Assembly (NCBI GenBank): GCA_022843095.1
Contig: JALHOH010000002.1
Location: forward strand, 120,001 to 152,000
Source of the DNA: Candidatus Saccharimonadota bacterium
GTDB taxonomy: Bacteria > Patescibacteriota > Patescibacteriia > 2-12-FULL-60-25
Direction: 5' to 3'
Length of the DNA stretch: 32,000 nucleotides
Made by a program: the position numbers and the translations under genes. Positions within the stretch are counted from its first letter, which is position 1; the number at the start of each line of letters is the position of its first letter. The notes under the pieces were generated by a model that saw nothing but the letters and a program-made list of their open reading frames with translations, was not told where the DNA came from and searched no databases. This document shows positions 25,159 to 30,419 of this stretch, one piece after another.

Positions 25159-25455
25159 ATGATGGCCTATAATCTCAACACCTCGACCGTAGACGAGGAG
25201 CTCGAACAAGAAGGATTCAGCATCCAGGATCTTGATGCCAAGCCCTCCAAGGATGACGATGAGGATGAAGAAGAAGTGGTAAAGGAAGGGTTGGAAGATG
25301 AAGAGGTCGATGGTGCGGAAAAGAAGGAAGCGACCGTTGAAGAAGAGGACGAGGAAGACTCCGACGACGATCTAAAACGCCTCGAACGCATGGCCGAAAA
25401 GGTCGGGATCGATGAAGACATGCTGAACCTCTCGGAAGAAGAGGAAAGTATCTAA
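25159..25455 (+). CDS. Small, extremely acidic protein (98 aa, Asp/Glu-rich)
   Basis: Contains runs such as DDDEDEEEVVKEGLEDEEVDG and VEEEDEEDSDDD. A hairpin terminator follows directly. The antisense ORFs are Ser-rich mirror artefacts. Confidence 0.6.
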   Translation: MMAYNLNTSTVDEELEQEGFSIQDLDAKPSKDDDEDEEEVVKEGLEDEEVDGAEKKEATVEEEDEEDSDDDLKRLERMAEKVGIDEDMLNLSEEEESI

Positions 25456-25456
25456 G

Positions 25457-25490
25457 CAAAAAACAACGCCCGTGTGGCGTTGTTTATTTA
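25457..25490. terminator. Bidirectional rho-independent terminator
   Basis: AAACAACGCC cgtgt GGCGTTGTTT (10-bp stem, 25461-25485) is flanked by an A-run on the left and ATTTAT on the right. On the minus strand it is followed by TTTTTGCTT. It overlaps the stop codon of 25484-25789. Confidence 0.75.
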
Positions 25491-25789
25491 TAGCCGATAT
25501 ACCTGAGATCCGATGGATTTCCTCTTCTTAAATCCCGTAAAGAAAAGATCACATTCGAGTAATCCATTCGAATCACGCCCTTCCCAATTTGTATCAGATG
25601 CCCCATACAACGCTCGTGAGCATCGCAGTGGAATTCCATCCGTGCACGGGTTTTAGGAAAGTTGACCAAATCTTCCCTCAGCAATATAAGCAAGGATCGT
25701 TCGGAGAAACGACCCCCTAGACTGTCAATCTTTTCTCGTAACCCGGGCGGTCCAATAATCACCCATAGACCATTCACTCCTCTGCTCAT
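25484..25789 (-). CDS. Hypothetical protein (101 aa) with a His/Cys cluster, immediately downstream of the long ORF-poor transcript
   Basis: There is a strong SD (AGAGAGGAGGTTCGC-ATG). The sequence contains FHCDAHERCMGH. The terminator follows directly. No family recognised. Confidence 0.6.
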   Translation of the reverse strand: MSRGVNGLWVIIGPPGLREKIDSLGGRFSERSLLILLREDLVNFPKTRARMEFHCDAHERCMGHLIQIGKGVIRMDYSNVIFSLRDLRRGNPSDLRYIGYK

Positions 25790-26766
25790 GCGAACCTCCT
25801 CTCTTTAAAGACCAGCGGGGCTGATCTGTACAGGGAGAAGCATGTGAGCGGCACATGCACCGTGGAATACATCCTCCTTACGTCTAGCCCAGCCGGCTTT
25901 TGTGTAGACCTCCTCGTAGGTCGCCTAGCTGCAAACCTGCTTCGCAGGTCGCCCACCGCCTTGAGGTCCCTTTGGGTCGGGAGGGGAAAGCAGATTGCTT
26001 AGCAGAGTCCCTTGGCAGAGTCCCTTTGGAGAGGGGGTCCCTGGGTGCTTCGCGCTGGAGATGGCCTGTAGCCACTACTCGTTGCGATCCCTTTGGCGGA
26101 GGTTATGACTAGAGTGTGAATGCAGCAGATGAAAGAATCATCAGCCCGTAAGGGGTCTCGGTGATCAAAGGCATCGTCGCGACCGAGATGTAGCCCAGCC
26201 ATCAAATAGGGAGACCTGAGTCCTGTACGCGCCAGGTTCGAGATGGCACTCGGCCATTCCCCTACTCGCCAACTTCGGGGAATAGCAGCTCGAACGTGTC
26301 GAGTCATTCGTACAGCACTCTTCGGACGTTTCTTTCCGTCCGCGTGGGGTGCCTGTTGATGAGTGTTGGTGCGGACGGGTGCTACGGCACCCGTCCCCCT
26401 TCCCTCACACAGATCCCTTCCGCCCCAGAGCCAGGTCTTTGGCTTGGGCATAGCATCGAGGCGAACGGTTCGCGCCTCACCAAGGAGAGGACCCCTTAGT
26501 CAGACGCGAACCGTCGAGGGAAAAGGTTCCACGCCGCCGCTCAGCCATCCTGTGGGGATTTCCCCTCCGGAGAAGGCGGGTACAAGACAGAATGCGTGCG
26601 CACGGGGGAGAACGGAAGGATCGCCGCCCGAAAGCGTTGATCCCCTTTTCTTTCGAAAAGGCTCAAATCCCATTACAAAAAGGAGGGTCTGCAACCGGCT
26701 TCCGCCGACAACATCACCTCCTCCCTGCTGTGAAGCGTGAAGAACTTCTCCTTCGCCTCATCAACA
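25790..26766 (-). ncRNA. Candidate large structured non-coding RNA or very long structured leader (unclassified)
   Basis: About 980 nt lie downstream of a consensus promoter with only short, compositionally odd ORFs in all six frames. Many perfect stems are present: a 10-bp stem at 26373-26396, CCUUUUC-GAAA-GAAAAGG at 26644-26661, GGUUCGCG/CGCGAACC, and the long-range pair GGGCUGAU/AUCAGCCC (25817-25824 with 26139-26146). GNRA and UUCG loops and G-U pairs work only on the minus strand. Confidence 0.4.
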
Positions 26767-26772
26767 AGAAGC

Positions 26773-26801
26773 AGAATACGGCAGAATAAAATGTTTGTCA
26801 A
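26773..26801 (-). promoter_or_regulatory. Consensus promoter TTGACA - 17 nt - TATTCT
   Basis: Minus strand reads TTGACAaacattttattctgccgTATTCT, inside an AT-rich patch (26770-26900). Confidence 0.6.
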
Positions 26802-26895
26802 GTCTTTGTTTACATTAGTATTAAAATTATCTAATTCTACTTATTTTTTTATAAAAAACTGTCGAAATATACGGACGTTTATGAACATAGAGGAA

Positions 26896-26931
26896 CGAAA
26901 AAACGCGCCGTCCCCTCCGGGAGCAGCGCGT
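26896..26931 (-). terminator. Rho-independent terminator (minus strand)
   Basis: Minus strand reads ACGCGCtgCTCCCggaGGGGacgGCGCGT followed by TTTTTTCGTT. Confidence 0.6.
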
Positions 26932-27092
26932 CTTTGTTAGTACATAATCAGGAGGTAGCAGAGCCAGTTAAGCGACTGTGCATGCCCCTGAATCATGTGT
27001 TGGATGGTTGCCATACATGATTGGTCGTGCGGGAAGCCCGGGCGACAGTAGGAATAAAGGGGCGATGTTCTCTACCCCATCATGGGGGAGAA
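26896..27092 (-). ncRNA. Candidate small RNA (about 190 nt) bounded by its own promoter and terminator
   Basis: The promoter at 27099-27127 and the terminator at 26896-26931 delimit it. Internal hairpins include AATCATGT/ACATGATT (26991-27022) and CCCC-atcat-GGGG (27075-27087). It contains a CCUCCU anti-SD-like box. No ORF has an SD. Confidence 0.35.
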
Positions 27093-27098
27093 CGGGAG

Positions 27099-27127
27099 AG
27101 GCTATCCCAAAATGACAGGTTTGTCAA
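27099..27127 (-). promoter_or_regulatory. Promoter TTGACA - 17 nt - TAGCCT
   Basis: Minus strand reads cccgTTGACAaacctgtcattttgggaTAGCCT, located just downstream of the terminator of the 27202-28008 gene. Confidence 0.5.
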
Positions 27128-27142
27128 CGGGGAGACCTTATC

Positions 27143-27174
27143 AAATGAAAAAGGAAGGCAGAGTTGCCTTCCTT
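27143..27174 (-). terminator. Rho-independent terminator of the 27202-28008 gene
   Basis: AAGGAAGGCA gagt TGCCTTCCTT is a 10-bp stem. On the minus strand it is followed by TTTTCATTTG. Confidence 0.7.
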
Positions 27175-27201
27175 TGAGGACACGTGGGGAGAACCGAAGC
27201 T

Positions 27202-28008
27202 CTACCCGCGCTCCTCGAGCCTGCAGACGTGGCACGCCATCTTGAGACCGTGGTGGTCTCGGTAGACGTACGCTGACCCCGTGGGATGGCGGTGCGCCCG
27301 CTCGAAACGGGTCGCCATCGAGACCGGCGCCGCGTCGAGCAGCGTCTCCCGGATCTCTTCGTAGAGACCCAGGAGCCAGATCTGCTCGGACTTCGTGAGC
27401 TCCTTCATCTGGCGACCGCTCGCGCGATCGAACCAGAAGAACCGCTCACCGACACGGCCCGGGACGCGCGTCCCGCACCGCGCCCACGCGGCGTCGAGCA
27501 GCGCGCCGCGCTCCTCACCCGCCCGGCCGTAGGCCGTGGGGAGGAGCGACGTCGACTTCGGCTTCTCGTGGAAACGGAGGATCCCCTCCTCGTCCATGTA
27601 AAAGCCGGACACCGGGTACGACTGGAGGAACTTCGTCCCATCCAGGGCGTCCCGGCCGTGGTATCGCCGGTACCACGCGCCGACGTAGGTGTCGGCCGGG
27701 AACGCCTGGCAGAACGCGGCGTACACCACGCCCCAAGCCTTCCCGACCTGCGCGCGCATCCAGCGCCTCACCACATTGCCGCGGAAGGACACGTCCCTTC
27801 GCGCCGGCATCCGCCGCGGGTCCACCTTCCCCTCGAGGATGGTCGTCTTGATGAACGTCTCATCCTCGAGCTTCGAAGTCATGGAGACGACGCGGCATCC
27901 GCGCACCCAGGCCTTCGCCTGGTGACGCTCGCGCCGCCGCTCCTCGCGGCCGAACGCACGACCGTACCGGCTCGTGCGACCCCCCTCCAACGCCTTCTGC
28001 AATCCCAT
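27202..28008 (-). CDS. Orphan protein (268 aa) with C/G-ending codon usage unlike the core genes
   Basis: The long ORF has a protein-like composition rich in W/Y/F (GAWYRRYHGRDALDG, FFWFDRASGRQMKELTKSEQIWLLGLYEEIRE). Start ATG 28008 (MGLQKALEGG) is preferred over the track TTG at 28062, which lies inside the palindromic motif. The antisense ORF 27286-28095 is an Arg/Pro-rich artefact. Confidence 0.6.
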   Translation of the reverse strand: MGLQKALEGGRTSRYGRAFGREERRRERHQAKAWVRGCRVVSMTSKLEDETFIKTTILEGKVDPRRMPARRDVSFRGNVVRRWMRAQVGKAWGVVYAAFCQAFPADTYVGAWYRRYHGRDALDGTKFLQSYPVSGFYMDEEGILRFHEKPKSTSLLPTAYGRAGEERGALLDAAWARCGTRVPGRVGERFFWFDRASGRQMKELTKSEQIWLLGLYEEIRETLLDAAPVSMATRFERAHRHPTGSAYVYRDHHGLKMACHVCRLEERG

Positions 28009-28040
28009 TTTACCCTTCCCTTCTCTGTGGTTTTTTACCG

Positions 28041-28065
28041 TTTGCGACCACTTGCGTCGCAAAAT
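28041..28065 (-). promoter_or_regulatory. ATTTTGCGACGCAAG motif (copy 2) overlapping an 8-7-8 inverted repeat TTTGCGAC-N7-GTCGCAAA
   Basis: The motif is the reverse complement of 28051-28065. The inverted-repeat arms are 28041-28048 and 28056-28063. It lies about 40 nt upstream of ATG 28008. Confidence 0.45.
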
Positions 28066-28154
28066 ATTTTTTCTACTAATCCTGCAGGACGCTGAATGAT
28101 GAATTCAACGCCCATTTGAATTCCCATCTACGTTGCCGATGGGGAGGCGAAGTG

Positions 28155-28385
28155 TTACTTCCAGAGACCCTGCACCATCCTTTTGAACCCCGTGATGACC
28201 AGGGCGAGGATTAATGCTGAGGCGAGTAGATGTTCCGCGATGGGAAACACCTCCTTCCAGGCGGCCTGGAATCCTCCTTCACGGTTGAATGCCGCCAAGA
28301 CGACGGCAATTGCAACTGTGATAATCCCCACTTTTTGATACAGGGCGGTGTTTGAACCCCCCTTTCCCTTCTTCTGTGCTGCCAT
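28155..28385 (-). CDS. Small membrane protein (76 aa, 2 TM segments)
   Basis: GGAGG lies 4 nt before ATG 28385. Sequence: MAAQKKGKGGSNTALYQKVGIITVAIAVVLAAF...LLASALILALVITGF. The longer track ORF (to 28811) overlaps the next gene in another frame and is rejected. Confidence 0.55.
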   Translation of the reverse strand: MAAQKKGKGGSNTALYQKVGIITVAIAVVLAAFNREGGFQAAWKEVFPIAEHLLASALILALVITGFKRMVQGLWK

Positions 28386-28409
28386 GAGACCTCCACACGA
28401 CGTATCACT

Positions 28410-28424
28410 TCTTGCGTCGCAAAA
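28410..28424 (-). promoter_or_regulatory. ATTTTGCGACGCAAG motif, copy 3
   Basis: Exact 15-mer on the minus strand, 25 nt upstream of ATG 28385. Confidence 0.45.
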
Positions 28425-28483
28425 TGTTACACCGTGTGGAAGTGCCGTTCTCGTTGCTGAACGGCAAGCAGTTCCCCTTCTTC

Positions 28484-28759
28484 CTAGGGTGGCGCCGGAG
28501 GCTTCCCCCAGGGCGTCCAGAGAAATCTCCAGAACGCCACGAGCTTCCCCCAGATCGCTCCAAGAAGCCACAGAAGTGGCTTCCAAACCACCCAGACCAG
28601 GATGACCCCGATCAGGACCGTCCCCCACTTGAAGGGGGCTGAGAAGAGATCCCCTGCCTTGCTCGACGCACCGAACACGGCAAGGAGCACGACCACGGTG
28701 ATCCACACCGCGGTCGCCAGAGCGAGGCCATTGAGAATGAGTTCGAGGAATGCCTCCAT
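28484..28759 (-). CDS. Small Trp-rich membrane protein (91 aa, about 3 TM segments)
   Basis: The SD AGGAGGGG precedes ATG 28759. Sequence: LELILNGLALATAVWITVVVLLAVF, WGTVLIGVILVWVVWKPLLWLLGAIWGKLVAFWRFLW. Confidence 0.6.
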   Translation of the reverse strand: MEAFLELILNGLALATAVWITVVVLLAVFGASSKAGDLFSAPFKWGTVLIGVILVWVVWKPLLWLLGAIWGKLVAFWRFLWTPWGKPPAPP

Positions 28760-28793
28760 GGCATCCCCTCCTTTCTGCTGGTTGACCCAGCAA

Positions 28794-28827
28794 CTTTTTA
28801 GAGCGATCCAACGATCCCTCTAAAAAG
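28794..28827. promoter_or_regulatory. Perfect 10-bp inverted repeat with 14-nt spacer in the 5'UTR of the membrane-protein operon
   Basis: CTTTTTAGAG (28794-28803) and CTCTAAAAAG (28818-28827) form the arms. The spacer contains the direct repeat CGATCC x2. It lies between the promoter at 28873-28901 and ATG 28759. Confidence 0.5.
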
Positions 28828-28872
28828 CCGCATGATCAATAAAAACTGGGCGGTTCTGTAAGTGGAAACAGG

Positions 28873-28901
28873 AATATACGAGATTATTCCTTTTTTGTCA
28901 A
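28873..28901 (-). promoter_or_regulatory. Consensus promoter TTGACA - 17 nt - TATATT
   Basis: Minus strand reads ggcTTGACAaaaaaggaataatctcgTATATT, in an AT-rich patch. Confidence 0.6.
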
Positions 28902-29011
28902 GCCTAAGTAGACACTATTTTCAAAAAACAAGAAGTTCAGATTTATTGGCCTTTTTTAAAAATCGTCCCGAGAGACCAAAAAATGGAGTTTTCTTAAACG
29001 TATACCAACGA

Positions 29012-29040
29012 TTGACAATTTTGTTTATTTCTGCTAGAGT
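29012..29040 (+). promoter_or_regulatory. Consensus promoter TTGACA - 17 nt - TAGAGT
   Basis: TTGACA at 29012-29017 and TAGAGT at 29035-29040. It is divergent from the 28873-28901 promoter, about 110 bp away. Confidence 0.6.
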
Positions 29041-29046
29041 GCAGAC

Positions 29047-29584
29047 ACGCTCAAAAACCAGGTGTTCCAGGGCAGACGTCGACGATGGATCCGCATCTTC
29101 GACGCCCGGTCTGGAAATGGCCAGAACACGCGCAGATCTCTGCGTAGGGCTAGATAGGCAATCAGCCTGTGACGGCGCCCTGCAGTGGACGATGCGTATC
29201 GGGAAAGGAGGTCCGCATCGGTGGACCATGGTGAAAATCAAAAAATGGCGACGAGACCACTCGCCGTCCTCTGCACGCCCATGCCGATCGGGATATCCGG
29301 CGGCGCGAGCGTGCGGAAGTATCAAAAAAATGAGGAGGGAGTCGACACGCTCGTCTCCCCCCTTTGCATCTTGTCGCACAGTGCAGGGAGTCCTCTCCCT
29401 GCACAAAGCGATCTAGATCGGCCGAGTCTGACACCGCCGCTTCAGCGGCTTGTCCAAGACTCGGCCGAATGCGCCCACCCCTGCGTCGCGAAGTTCGCGG
29501 CCGGCCACGTGGAGGCCTAACATGTTGGGCGGCGGCACCTGATCCACCCCCGGTAGCAATACGGCTACCGGGGTTCTTTTTTTT
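29047..29584 (+). ncRNA. Candidate structured non-coding RNA (about 540 nt) bounded by a consensus promoter and a strong terminator
   Basis: No ORF here has an SD, and the overlapping track ORFs are Arg/Ser/Pro-rich. Perfect 10-bp stems occur at GTGCAGGGAG-tcct-CTCCCTGCAC (about 29380-29403) and GGCCGAGTCT...AGACTCGGCC (about 29419-29465), the latter enclosing GCCGC-ttca-GCGGC. Several further 5-6-bp stems are present. Confidence 0.45.
29548..29584 (+). terminator. Strong rho-independent terminator
   Basis: CCCCGGTAGC aatacg GCTACCGGGG is followed by TTCTTTTTTTT. The T-run overlaps the stop codon of the convergent TrmB-family gene. Confidence 0.8.
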
Positions 29585-30326
29585 ACTTCATCCGCGCATG
29601 GCACGTCTCCATGTAGTCAAACATGGCGCGCATAGTCTCAACCAGGTCGATGCTTTCGATGATCACTGAAATTTGCTTACCTTTATACGTGGATAACGCG
29701 ACACGATTACCATAAACAAAGACATGTCCAGAAAAACGCATCGTGTCCGGTAAACGAAAAACTTCCACTGTTTGTGTGACAGGTTTTATTTCTTGTTCTT
29801 TTGCGAACAAGAACGTCCTCATTTTTGGAGAAAACTTTCGTATCATATCTCCAAATGACTGAAGTGTGCTCCGTGGAATATACTTCAGCAACTCATCCAA
29901 ATTTCCGAATTCATCGATGTACGGCGTTTTGGAGCGTAATACGTCTTCTTGAATCGCCTTCATCGCCTCTGGACCCTCAAACATCTTTACAACCGGTTTT
30001 TCTCCCCGCTGCACAAGCTTCAGCTCGTGGACGGATGCCTCTACTTCGCGCAACGTCGCCTCCATCTGCTTCACACGTGCATGCACGAACGAAGACAACC
30101 GTTCCGGCGATTCCGCCTGAAACAACTTCTTCTTCCCCTTCTCCACCGAACTCATGAGACCGACCCGCGTAAGCGATTCAATAACGGCGTAGGTGGTCAC
30201 GCGAGAGACCTTCGCCTTCTTTGCTAGCACCTGCACCGTAGACGCCCCAAGCTCAAGCGCAGAAAGATACACCTGCGCTTCGCTTTCCGAAAACCCCATG
30301 GAACGTAATGTTTTGACCCATTGCAT
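29583..30326 (-). CDS. TrmB-family (winged-helix) transcriptional regulator
   Basis: From ATG 30326: MQWVKTLRSMGFSESEAQVYLSALELGASTVQVLAKKAKVSRVTTYAVIESLTRVGLMSSVEKGKKKLF, a typical TrmB N-terminal HTH. The upstream extension of the track ORF (to 30536) overlaps the divergent gene and is not used. Confidence 0.75.
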   Translation of the reverse strand: MQWVKTLRSMGFSESEAQVYLSALELGASTVQVLAKKAKVSRVTTYAVIESLTRVGLMSSVEKGKKKLFQAESPERLSSFVHARVKQMEATLREVEASVHELKLVQRGEKPVVKMFEGPEAMKAIQEDVLRSKTPYIDEFGNLDELLKYIPRSTLQSFGDMIRKFSPKMRTFLFAKEQEIKPVTQTVEVFRLPDTMRFSGHVFVYGNRVALSTYKGKQISVIIESIDLVETMRAMFDYMETCHARMK

Positions 30327-30419
30327 ATACAGAGGATCATATCGCGTTCTCCCCGCAAAGGATAGTCTCCCCATTGACCAATCTTCGGTTTCTTGCTTCT
30401 CTTTCTGCAGGAGGAACCC

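Noticed and set aside
26001-26026. Tandem 13-nt repeat considered as a possible CRISPR or other array.
   Set aside because: There are only two adjacent copies with no spacers. No further repeats at regular intervals and no cas genes are present. It is treated as an internal motif of the RNA candidate.
25817-26146. The plus-strand GGGGCTGAT at 25817 resembles the 5' end of tmRNA (GGGGCUGAU...), and it pairs with ATCAGCCC at 26139-26146.
   Set aside because: No T-arm (GGUUCGAxUCC in a stem) and no CCA-proximal acceptor strand are present. I found no resume codon or tag ORF ending in ...A-A-stop. The complementary strand lies in the middle of the region rather than at a 3' end. Promoter and tetraloop evidence favour the opposite strand.
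25999-26451. 150-aa minus-strand ORF inside the long ORF-poor region.
   Set aside because: It has no SD. Its composition is Arg/Pro/Gly/Ala-rich and low in complexity. It is crossed by a perfect 10-bp stem and other hairpins. All other frames are equally broken. It is treated as a chance ORF in G+C-rich structured sequence, although a decayed gene cannot be fully excluded.
26560-26603. GTGCG on the minus strand (26603-26599) looks like a group II intron 5' end, and GAGCCGT(A/G)TGC in the hairpin repeats recalls domain V.
   Set aside because: I found no domain V helix (GAGCCGUAU...AUACGGUUC with the AGC triad and GNRA loop) in the right place. There is no domain VI bulged A plus AY 3' end, no reverse-transcriptase ORF and no interrupted host gene. 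The ACGGTTC/GAACCGT pair occurs in the wrong order for domain V.
27286-28095. 269-aa plus-strand ORF antisense to 27202-28008.
   Set aside because: It is extremely rich in Arg/Pro/Leu/Ala, the typical mirror-frame artefact in a G+C-rich gene. It has no SD. The minus-strand partner has a protein-like composition, an operator-like motif and a terminator.
28862-29416. ORFs 28862-29416 (plus, 184 aa) and 28921-29406 (minus, 161 aa) in the region called ncRNA candidate 2.
   Set aside because: Both run across the two divergent consensus promoters and the AT-rich spacer. Neither has an SD. Their composition is Arg/Ser/Cys-rich. Perfect 10-bp stems lie within them.
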